DNA from: Cyclobacteriaceae bacterium
Lineage (GTDB): Bacteria; Bacteroidota; Bacteroidia; Cytophagales; Cyclobacteriaceae
Length of the DNA stretch: 60,584 nt
Assembly (NCBI GenBank): GCA_027067135.1
Contig: JAMOMJ010000456.1
Coordinates: 1-60,584, forward strand
Reading direction: 5' to 3'
A program made the translations under genes and the position numbers. Shown in pieces: positions 29,801 to 37,214 of the stretch. Below the pieces are notes generated by a model. The model had not been told where the DNA came from. It did no database searches and saw only the letters and a list, made by a program, of their open reading frames with translations. Each line of letters starts with the position of its first letter. Positions within the stretch are counted from its first letter, which is position 1.

Positions 29801-31058
29801 CGAAGAAGTATGGTTTGACCACGACAAAGTAAAAACCATTGTGCTTAACCTAATATCAAATGCCATAAAGTACAACCGACCCAACGGGGTAGTTACCGTA
29901 ACCGTTACGGTAGCTCGAAATGAGGCATTAATTAAAGTAGAAGATACAGGTATTGGCATACCCGAAAACTTTTTGGATAATATTTTTCAACGGTTTTACA
30001 ACCTTTCTTCAGTAAGCAAATCAGGAATAGATGCCTCTAAAAGTAGTGGAATAGGCCTGGCACTTACAAAAAGCCTTGTAGAATCGCATAAAGGCAGTAT
30101 TAAGGTAAGTAGCAAACAGGGCGAAGGCAGTATTTTCCTTATCCGTTTTCCGGTAGATAAAGCCTCTTATGCCGGATTTTTGGTGGATAGGATACTTGAG
30201 CCAGACCCCTTGGCTATTGAAGAAAATATTGATGCAGAATTTGTAAACTTTAATTCTGTTAACACAGCCAGCAATGATTTAGCACATATTACTGCAAACC
30301 GTTATTGCTTATTAATTGTAGATGATAATATTCAGTTCCGCAATATTGTAAAAGAGATGTTTGCACAACATTACGATATAATTGAAGCTGGAAATGGTGC
30401 AGAAGCCATGGATATTATTAGAGAAAACTCCATAGATTTAATAATAAGCGATGTGCTAATGCCTAAAATAAACGGGTATGAGCTGTGTAAAATAATTAAA
30501 GAAGATATTAACACCTGCCACATTCCGGTAATTCTGTTAACGGCCTTAGGCGAAATTGAAAATCGTATTAAAGGAATAGATATTGGAGCAGACTCATATA
30601 TCCCAAAACCATTTCATCCCAAGCACCTTATTGCAAGGGTAGAAAAACTGATAGAATCGCAGGAGAACATTAGAGAATCGTTAAAAAACGCACCTTGGAA
30701 GCTAGCTGATAATGTAAATGGCCTGGCTCAAAAAGATAAAGCCTGGCTTAACAAAATGATCGTTTTTATTTTGGATAATATGGCGAGCACTCATTTAGAC
30801 TCTAATATGCTAATGAAAGAATTTGCGATGAGTAAAACCCAATTATACCGTAAAGTAAAAGCAATAACCGACTGTACGCCCCATGGGTTTATTAAAAAAT
30901 ACCGGCTAACCAGAGCTGCAGACCTTCTAAAAAACAGTGATAAAACCATATCGGAAGTAGCTTATGAAACAGGGTTTAACAACAGGTCTTACTTTTACCG
31001 AAGCTTTAAAGAAGAGTATAATTGTTCTCCTTCAGAATTTAAAAACAAGGTTTGTTAG
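26871..31058 (+). CDS. Hybrid two-component system regulator (HTCS): periplasmic beta-propeller/Y_Y_Y sensor, HisKA, HATPase, receiver, AraC-type HTH
   Basis: 1395 aa. Repeated propeller motifs are visible (WFGTWDGLNRYDG, WLGTDNGKI, WIGTDGNGI, WVGTSNGLYR, WVSTNRGLSYW), followed by a TM helix. The kinase and receiver parts show as H-box FFTNVSHEFRTPLS, G-box GIGLALTKSLVESHKGSI and receiver LLIVDDN...DLIISDVLMPKINGYE. The AraC HTH is AYETGFNNRSYFYRSFKEEY. The start lies 1 nt after the GH42-like stop. Confidence 0.9.
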   Translation: MRLKDVNISMLISLLHALRTYCLTPKSIFIGFLLLFLLITSADTHAQYWKLKKIDNNQGLSNSAVTSIFLDSKQYMWFGTWDGLNRYDGKHVSVFKPDGSVKTSIGNNIIREIFEDKNNNMWVVTDKNINQYKRDTEQFQVFLNSDDYSPGKERIIRSSISRDSILWCSIYDVGVAYYSEQNNVFEQIKSTKNIDSFLKRIIGIKAFSKQRLALLTETGNLVTLIKEDEWTPVRIDSLAAIFDVIPGQHWFIDFKGKPMLLMSIESGGLLYINLDNGLSKTIEAGNSDFIITEISKSKKEGFLWLGTDNGKILKLFLNNKTSIKNLDYLFPELANEKVKILKIYEASPHLLWIGTDGNGILEYTTQGTPFSSIKKGDIAKGELSHSIVRAIYEEPTGEIIVGTRGSGLNIIDKDLLKTRLITTSEGLSNNAVLSIEKDKHNNYWIGLDGEGIDFLEKETGNILHFPNDFINDVNLTFKSVYAICIDSYENIWLGTSGYGVIKLSVSKKGNGKYVLDSFKQFRSTSTTNHLKSNIVYSIVEDRPNFLWVGSRGGGVQLLNTVTNEFSNLPNKIDRDVISLYKAASNKELWVGTSNGLYRVALQNKNYTFNLYNEGNGLPNNTIHAIQEDNVGNIWVSTNRGLSYWNRELDQFKNFNKNDGLAGNEYTDGASFFGKNSKKIFFGGINGLTIIRPEKVKNSDNHPRLALQEFKLFNKLITPGNKNGLLKKHIDDTDSLVFESNQNFFSLNFAALNYVNNEKSEYAYYLEGFDKEWIQAGAQRTAYFTNVPPGEYTLKLKCTNQDGIWNTAYRSISIIIKPPVWKTFGAYIIYAIIGLLLVVLVYLFIKRRNRMQQELYFAQLEKRNIEEINNYKLRFFTNVSHEFRTPLSLILIPANKLFEKKEKYPELKSSFESIFYNTNRLLKLIGELIEFRKAVSDQVNLAVSKGNISLFVEQITTGFSNYAEAHSVSIVFENDLESEEVWFDHDKVKTIVLNLISNAIKYNRPNGVVTVTVTVARNEALIKVEDTGIGIPENFLDNIFQRFYNLSSVSKSGIDASKSSGIGLALTKSLVESHKGSIKVSSKQGEGSIFLIRFPVDKASYAGFLVDRILEPDPLAIEENIDAEFVNFNSVNTASNDLAHITANRYCLLIVDDNIQFRNIVKEMFAQHYDIIEAGNGAEAMDIIRENSIDLIISDVLMPKINGYELCKIIKEDINTCHIPVILLTALGEIENRIKGIDIGADSYIPKPFHPKHLIARVEKLIESQENIRESLKNAPWKLADNVNGLAQKDKAWLNKMIVFILDNMASTHLDSNMLMKEFAMSKTQLYRKVKAITDCTPHGFIKKYRLTRAADLLKNSDKTISEVAYETGFNNRSYFYRSFKEEYNCSPSEFKNKVC

Positions 31059-31198
31059 TCTGTTTGCAACCTTCGGCTAAACCTCACGCCTGTCGAGGAA
31101 AACCCAAGCGTAGCAAATCACATATTTTACTCATTGCATTAAATAAGTATAACAGGCAGGTATTAGCTTTTCTTTCCTGTAATGAAATCCCTTTTGAT

Positions 31199-31224
31199 AA
31201 TAACCTGAGTTCGGGATAAGGAAT
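31199..31224 (+). repeat. Half-copy of palindromic element (AATAACCTGAGTTCGGGATAAGGAAT)
   Basis: 26 nt identical to the reverse complement of 59803-59828 (the right arm of the complete palindrome). It has the same orientation as the 19-nt copy at 10818. Confidence 0.75.
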
Positions 31225-31236
31225 TGTTGTAGCCAG

Positions 31237-32055
31237 TTATTTTTTATCAATCGTTCTTCTTGCTCTATTAATTATTTTTGCAGTTTCTTTAGTCGGTGAT
31301 TCTTTCTGCCATTTTTCGCATAATTCAATCACAAAATTTGGCTTAGATTTACTTGCATCGTTTAACCAATTTCCAACACTGTCTTGAACATACTTTGATT
31401 CATCAGAATTCAAATTTTCCAAAATAGGTAATGCAATTTCAGGGTTTTCTTTTAGCCGTTCAATATGTTTACACCAAACACCTCTTGGTCTTGTAGATTC
31501 AGTTGTAAATCGTCTTATGTTTTCATTTTCGTTTTTTGTCCAATCACTTAAAATTTCGATAGATTTTTCTAAATTTCCATCAATTTCAGGTCGTAAAGCC
31601 ATCCACACAACTTCTCGCACTCCAAAATGATTGTCGGCAATAAGTTTTTCAGATTGATTTAGTTTTTCGGTTATGTTTAAATTCTCATTTAAAGACTTAA
31701 GATATGGTGCGAAACAACGAATAGAGTCGGACAAGTGAGAGCTCAATTTGTCAAAGATTGAGTTAAACACTTTGTTATCAGAATATAGTTCATAAAGTAT
31801 TGAGCCTACTAACTTGATTGTGTTCATCGTAGAAGGCTTTTTTTGAGCTTTTACTTTTTCGGAAATTAACTTTGTATTCTCTTCTGAAATTCCAATTTCT
31901 CCAAAGTTTGTTTCGATGAGCTTTAAGTGGTCAATCGCTAACCATTCCGTTAAATTTACCGTTTCGATTTTTCCTACATTCAGCAATTCCAAGACCTCTT
32001 TCGGAATGTCTTGGGCTTTTCTTGCTCCTTTTCGGTCAGTGATTTCTTTTTTCAT
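31237..32055 (-). CDS. DNA alkylation repair protein (AlkD-like HEAT-repeat family)
   Basis: 272 aa and helical-repeat rich. Motifs FGVREVVWMALRP, IRRFTTESTRPRG and YVQDSVGNWLNDASK resemble the 'DNA alkylation repair enzyme' family. Confidence 0.6.
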   Translation of the reverse strand: MKKEITDRKGARKAQDIPKEVLELLNVGKIETVNLTEWLAIDHLKLIETNFGEIGISEENTKLISEKVKAQKKPSTMNTIKLVGSILYELYSDNKVFNSIFDKLSSHLSDSIRCFAPYLKSLNENLNITEKLNQSEKLIADNHFGVREVVWMALRPEIDGNLEKSIEILSDWTKNENENIRRFTTESTRPRGVWCKHIERLKENPEIALPILENLNSDESKYVQDSVGNWLNDASKSKPNFVIELCEKWQKESPTKETAKIINRARRTIDKK

Positions 32056-32144
32056 TTAGGTGCTCTTTAATATTGACTAACGTCAAATTTTGTTTCTGAT
32101 TTTCAGCATGCTACGGATTCTCCTTTTAACACTCATATTTGCTC

Positions 32145-32400
32145 TTTTCATTGCTTTGACATTAGCTATTGAAATCAATTTGAAAAGGAAGAAATTGATG
32201 CCTTTTCCTATCAATTTCTGTTCCCCAAAAATCTCCCCAATAGTTGCTATCGCTCTACAATAAACTTCGGTAGAGAACTTAAAAGTACAAAATAACCCAC
32301 GGAGGCAAACTTTTTGATTTGCTAGCCGCGCAGCAGACATGGCAAATCAGAATAACACTTAGTCTGGCCGGAAAGGCACGGAAAATTAAAAATTTGACGG
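32145..32400. ncRNA. Candidate structured RNA / structured repeat, copy 1 (paired with 53124-53386)
   Basis: A ~256-nt segment collinear with 53124-53386. It has conserved blocks plus stems that differ by compensatory changes (details in findings). The overlapping track ORF is read in a different frame from its counterpart in copy 2. Strand undetermined. Confidence 0.5.
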
Positions 32401-32612
32401 GGCTAGCTATAAGAAATAAACTTAGTATTTAACCACTGAAACCCTATTGAGCACAGAATGTTAGCAGTATTTATGATAGTCTGAAACTTAAAGGAATAAT
32501 ATATGCAAAAGCCGAAGAATATTACAACTCTCCAGTTTTTGCTTTATTCTGAGTTTTTCAGCAGACCTTAAATAGTTTTTACATTAAACTCTCAGTAGTT
32601 ATATAGCATTAA

Positions 32613-32768
32613 CCCGGAATGGCCTTAGACACCTTATGTATTAAATATTATTGGGTAGTGTTTCCAGCTTTTTCGCAAGAAACAGCCGTAACATTAGGCT
32701 CTTGGGTAATTGGGAGCAATTTTATAGTTTTAATAATCGGACTGCTTTTAAAAGAAAAGTGGGAATAA
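32613..32768 (+). pseudogene. 5'-truncated fragment of the small membrane-protein gene (copy of 10536-10691)
   Basis: Reads PGMALDTLCIKYYWVVFPAFSQETAVTLGSWVIGSNFIVLIIGLLLKEKWE*. The homologous sequence in the intact gene is ...WVIWVNFIILIIGLLSKEKGE*. No start codon or N-terminal two thirds is present. Confidence 0.8.
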
Positions 32769-32828
32769 CGGCAAATAATTAGAGGTTAATGCCTTCTAAA
32801 ACTTACACCTCCCTCAATATTTTAGCAG
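32613..32828. repeat. Right copy of the 216-bp direct repeat (pairs with 10536-10751)
   Basis: See 10536-10751. It contains the genuine 3' end of galT. Confidence 0.85.
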
Positions 32829-33825
32829 CACTTTCTGGGGTAATATCCCGTTGTGGCCCGGCCATCATTTCGTATCCCACCATAAATTTTTTAACCATTG
32901 CCGACCTCAAAAGTGGGGGATAAAAGTGCATATGTAAATGCCATTCGGGATGTTTCCGGCCATCGGTTGGGCACTGGTGAATACCAGATGAATACGGAAA
33001 TGGCGTATCAAAAACCTTATCATATTTAGCGGCAAGCACTTTTATGCACTCGGCAAAACCCTGCTCTTCATTGGGTGTTAATTCAGTTAAATTTGAAATA
33101 GCTCGTTTAGAAATTATAATGGTTTCATAAGGCCAGATAGCCCAAAAAGGAACAAGTACCGCAAACGTGCTATTTTCAAACACAATACGTTCCTGCTTTT
33201 TCAATTCCAGTTTTAGGTAATCGGCCAAAAGGGTAGCTCCTTTTAACTTAAAATACGCTAGCTGCTGTTGCTGCTCTTTAAGTACTTCGTTAGGAATGGA
33301 GTGCTGTGCCCAAATTTGCCCATGCGGATGTGGGTTGCTACAACCCATCATTTCGCCTTTATTTTCAAAGATTTGAACATGATTTATCTCAGGCATTGCC
33401 CCCAGTTCTCTATACTCTTTTTTCCAGGCTTTAACCACTTTTAATATATCGGCAACGTGCATGTGCCCAAGTTGGGCTCCGTGGTTGGGCGAAAAACAAA
33501 TTACTTTGCAAATTCCTTTTTCCGATTCGGCCATTAGCAAATTATTTTCTTCTAGTTCTCCTACAGGGGTTTCCAGGCTTAAAGCACCAAAGTCGTTAGT
33601 AAAAATATATACATCCTTATAGTCTTCGCTTTTCACCCCGTTTACACGTACATTGCCCGGGCAGAGATAGCATTTTTTATCATAGCTAGTGACAGCAGTT
33701 TTTGGTGCTTGTTCTGTTTTGCCTTGCCATGGCCTTTTAAAACGGTGTGGAGAAACCAACACCCATTCGCCTGTAAGTATATTTAACCTACGGTGTGTAT
33801 TGGTATTAATATTAAATTTTTCCAT
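32803..33825 (-). CDS. galT: Galactose-1-phosphate uridylyltransferase
   Basis: 340 aa with the Zn-site CYLCPGN, the active-site HPHGQIWA motif and typical length. Confidence 0.9.
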   Translation of the reverse strand: MEKFNINTNTHRRLNILTGEWVLVSPHRFKRPWQGKTEQAPKTAVTSYDKKCYLCPGNVRVNGVKSEDYKDVYIFTNDFGALSLETPVGELEENNLLMAESEKGICKVICFSPNHGAQLGHMHVADILKVVKAWKKEYRELGAMPEINHVQIFENKGEMMGCSNPHPHGQIWAQHSIPNEVLKEQQQQLAYFKLKGATLLADYLKLELKKQERIVFENSTFAVLVPFWAIWPYETIIISKRAISNLTELTPNEEQGFAECIKVLAAKYDKVFDTPFPYSSGIHQCPTDGRKHPEWHLHMHFYPPLLRSAMVKKFMVGYEMMAGPQRDITPESAAKILREV

Positions 33826-33971
33826 TTCTAATTTATAGAGGTTCTTAACCTGAATAACTTATAAAGAACCAACTGGTATTGCTCAAAAATCCTCAAAGCC
33901 ACTTAGGGCACAGGCTCCTGCAGAGGCAGTAATAACAATAAGAGGGGTTTTGTGCAACACCAACATTCAGG

Positions 33972-35078
33972 TTAAAGTTTTCTTGCTCCATCTGAAATTT
34001 TTATATCGTAAAATGCTGCCTCTTTGCCACTTTTTAATTTATAATGGCTGGCAACAGCCCTTTTAAAACTGGCTAAAACATCCGATTTTATCAAATTAAT
34101 GGTACAGCCTCCAAAGCCGCCACCCATCATTCGGGCTCCTAGAACACCGGGGTAGCTTTTGGCAAAATCAGCCAATATATCCAACTCGGTACAGCTTACC
34201 TTATACTTATTTTTCAGGCCATCATGCGATTGAAACATTAAGGCTCCCAGCAATTCCATGTTTTTAAGTTTTATGGCTTTAATGGCTTCTAATACACGAT
34301 TGTTTTCTTTTATAACAAACTCGCAACGGTTAAAAACATCAGTTGAAATTTTTGATTTAACCTCTTCTAAATCTGTAAGGCTTACATCGCGTAAGCTCTT
34401 AACCCGGCTATTATTAGCCTGCATAGCCTTTACCCCCGTTTCGCATTCTATTTTTCGGGTATTATATTCGGTAGAAGCAAGCGAGTGTTTTACTTTGGTA
34501 TCGCAAAGCAGCAAACTATACCCTTCAAAATCTCCTTTTACAATGTCATGTTCAAGCGAGCGGCAATCAATTTTAATAAGGGCATCCTTTTCGCCAAAAA
34601 CGCAAGCATATTGATCCATAATGCCACAACTTACCCCCACAAAATCATTTTCTGACTTTTGAGCCATCAATGCAATTTCTACCTTGCTTAACCCCAATTC
34701 AAAAAACTCGCTTATGGCCATAAGCAAGCCACAGGAAAGGGCGGCAGAAGAAGAAAGTCCGGCTCCTAAAGGTATATTTCCACCAAAAGAGCATTTAAAC
34801 GGAGCTATATTTATGTCTTTTTTGTTTAGCTGGTCTATTACACCCGTACAGTAATTAACCCATTCTATATCTGACTTAACACTGTTTTTGGGGCTAATCT
34901 TTACAGATTCCTGCAGGTCGGTTGCTGTTAATTCAATCATTGAACCTGTAGTTGGCTCAATGGTAAATTCAATGGCTTTATCAATGGCTGCGGGCAATAC
35001 AAAACCCATATTATAATCAGTATGTTCTCCAATTAAATTTATCCTTCCCGGAGATCGTACCGTTAAATTTTTCTTCAT
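33972..35078 (-). CDS. galK: Galactokinase
   Basis: 368 aa with the galactokinase signature GRINLIGEHTDYN and the GHMP ATP loop PLGAGLSSSAAL. Confidence 0.92.
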   Translation of the reverse strand: MKKNLTVRSPGRINLIGEHTDYNMGFVLPAAIDKAIEFTIEPTTGSMIELTATDLQESVKISPKNSVKSDIEWVNYCTGVIDQLNKKDINIAPFKCSFGGNIPLGAGLSSSAALSCGLLMAISEFFELGLSKVEIALMAQKSENDFVGVSCGIMDQYACVFGEKDALIKIDCRSLEHDIVKGDFEGYSLLLCDTKVKHSLASTEYNTRKIECETGVKAMQANNSRVKSLRDVSLTDLEEVKSKISTDVFNRCEFVIKENNRVLEAIKAIKLKNMELLGALMFQSHDGLKNKYKVSCTELDILADFAKSYPGVLGARMMGGGFGGCTINLIKSDVLASFKRAVASHYKLKSGKEAAFYDIKISDGARKL

Positions 35079-35210
35079 GTTTTATAATTATTTTACTGCA
35101 AAGACGCTGAGACGCAAAGAAAAGTTTTAACTCATACTCTTACATGCCCCGATTCTTTGCTTTGTCAGTTTCTACCTTTTTAAGTTTTAAAAATTGTATA
35201 GCAGGGCAAC

Positions 35211-36884
35211 CTACCAGAAAAACGCATATAAAAATGTTAGAATCAGCAGTATTAACATAGCCGAAATATTAAATGAAGCACTGGTATGGAATAGTTTTTT
35301 GGTAAGTGTTATTCCTTTTTCATCATCGTTGCCCTTGCCTTCGAGCCTGCTTATGCCCGCTATTATGGCTAACGTACCAAGGCAGGTAATTAGCATTTGG
35401 TGCATAAACGGAATGTTTACAAAAACCATGGCATCAGACCAGCCGTTAGGAGCTACCTTAAAATACATAGCAATAGGAATAGAAAGAATTACACCCCAGA
35501 TAGCCCCATTATTAGTTGCTTTTTTATAGAATAGTCCGGCAAGAAACACGGCTAAAATACCTGGGCTAACCACCCCTGTATATTCCTGAATAAATTGAAA
35601 TGCCTGCCCTAAACTACCCAGCATAGGAGCTATTAATATGGCTATTACCAACGAAGCAGCAGCCGTTATCCTGCCTACGTTTACGGTTTGTTTATCGCTT
35701 GCTTTTTTGTTGATATAAGGCAGGTAAATATCCATGGTAAAAATAGTGGCTGTTGAGTTTAGCATAGAGGCCAGAGAGGAAACTATTGCTGCTGCTAAAG
35801 CTGCCAACACCAGACCTTTAAAGCCAACCGGCACAAAATTCTTTATCAGCCAGGGCGCTGCGTTATCATTGGCAATAGAACCATCCGCATTTATAAAATC
35901 TGCACCAATCACCGCACCGGAGGCATCAATATTCATTACATAGGCAATAATGCCAGGCACTACCACAATTAATGGAATTAATAATTTTAGAAAAGCAGCA
36001 AAGGCTATTCCTTTTTGGGCTTCTGCCAAACTTTTAGCAGCCAGTGTTCTTTGAATAATATATTGGTTAAAGCCCCAGTAATATAAATTGGCTACCCACA
36101 TGCCGCCAATAATAACAGCCAGACTGGGCAAATCCCACCAGGCATCTTTGCCATTGGGTGTAATAATTTCACCCTTTTCCAGTATCATCGAAAATTTTTC
36201 GGGTACCACCTGGTATATATGCACCAGCCCGTTAATAATGCCCCCGTTAGGAGCTACATGGTCTAAGGCAATAAAAGCAGTGATTAACCCACCTGCAATA
36301 AGCAATACCACCTGCACAACGTCTGTCCAGGCTACAGCCGAAAGCCCTCCCCAAAGTGAATAAACGGCTGCAAATAGTGCCAACCCAATAATGCTTATTA
36401 GCATTAAACTGCCATCTCCGTTGCCAATAATGGTATCCAGTGCCTTACCCCCTAAATACAGTACGGTGGTTAGGTTTACAAAAACAAAAAGTGCAATCCA
36501 AAATACAGCTAAAATAGTTTTCAGGTTTTTGCTAAACCTTTTTTCGATAAATTCGGGGATGGTATAAAGCCCTTTTTCGATAAATACGGGCAGAAAATAC
36601 TTACCTACAATTATTAATGTAATAGCTGCCATCCATTCGTACGAAGCAATGGCCAGGCCAATGGCAAAGCCCGAACCTGACATGCCAATAAATTGCTCGG
36701 CCGAAATGTTAGCTGCAATTAACGAGGCTCCTATTGCCCACCAGGGCAATGATTTGCCTGCCAAAAAATAATCTTCGGCATTTTTCTGATGCCCTTTTTT
36801 ATCTCTGGACACATAAAGACCCACACCTATAATTAATAAGGCATACGAAACAAAAACAAGTATATCTATTGTTGAAAATTCCAT
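35211..36884 (-). CDS. Sodium/sugar (glucose/galactose) cotransporter, SGLT-type SSS family
   Basis: 557 aa. YFLAGKSLPWWAIGASLIAANISAEQFIGMSG is typical of SGLT/vSGLT-type transporters. It sits at the head of the galK-galT run. Confidence 0.85.
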   Translation of the reverse strand: MEFSTIDILVFVSYALLIIGVGLYVSRDKKGHQKNAEDYFLAGKSLPWWAIGASLIAANISAEQFIGMSGSGFAIGLAIASYEWMAAITLIIVGKYFLPVFIEKGLYTIPEFIEKRFSKNLKTILAVFWIALFVFVNLTTVLYLGGKALDTIIGNGDGSLMLISIIGLALFAAVYSLWGGLSAVAWTDVVQVVLLIAGGLITAFIALDHVAPNGGIINGLVHIYQVVPEKFSMILEKGEIITPNGKDAWWDLPSLAVIIGGMWVANLYYWGFNQYIIQRTLAAKSLAEAQKGIAFAAFLKLLIPLIVVVPGIIAYVMNIDASGAVIGADFINADGSIANDNAAPWLIKNFVPVGFKGLVLAALAAAIVSSLASMLNSTATIFTMDIYLPYINKKASDKQTVNVGRITAAASLVIAILIAPMLGSLGQAFQFIQEYTGVVSPGILAVFLAGLFYKKATNNGAIWGVILSIPIAMYFKVAPNGWSDAMVFVNIPFMHQMLITCLGTLAIIAGISRLEGKGNDDEKGITLTKKLFHTSASFNISAMLILLILTFLYAFFW

Positions 36885-37044
36885 TCTAAAAAATTAAGGT
36901 TTTTATTAATACCAAACCCAAGGGATAAACCCCTATTGGGATGGCGATAAAATTTATATTATTGCTTGAAACCCGGGCTCGAACTCAGGTTAAAAATTCG
37001 ATCAGCAGGTACTCAATCCGTAAACACCTTCTTCATTTTATTTA

Positions 37045-37214
37045 ATAGGGTTACCCATTTAAGTTGCAAATATATATATAAACCAGTCATCCTGAATTTA
37101 TTTCAGGATCTGGGCAAATGATGTCTTTAGATCCTGAAATAAATTCAGGATAACCATATATTTGATGTTATTCTGATACAGCAACTTCTCTGCGCTTTAA
37201 ATGGGTAACCCTAT
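37045..37214. repeat. Nested palindromic miniature element, family B, copy 1
   Basis: Outer inverted repeat ATAGGGTTACCCATTTAA / TTAAATGGGTAACCCTAT and inner inverted repeat GTCATCCTGAATTTATTTCAGGATC / GATCCTGAAATAAATTCAGGATAAC. It is ~85% identical (my estimate) to the reverse complement of 45992-46174. Confidence 0.75.

Noticed and set aside
32083-32340. Track ORFs 32083-32340 (85 aa) and 53140-53364 (74 aa), overlapping the two copies of the structured repeat, as possible small-protein genes
   Set aside because: The two ORFs translate the homologous nucleotides in different reading frames (for example CAG AAA TTG ATA... versus ACA GAA ATT GAT...). Differences between the copies include non-triplet indels and paired stem changes. 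This pattern fits RNA or DNA structure, not a conserved protein.
10536-32828. Interpreting the PUL island as an integrative conjugative element, prophage or transposon
   Set aside because: No integrase, transposase, relaxase, conjugation or phage genes are present in the window. The 216-bp flanking duplication is incompatible with transposase-generated target-site duplications. Homologous single-crossover integration is the simpler explanation, though the donor vehicle is unknown.
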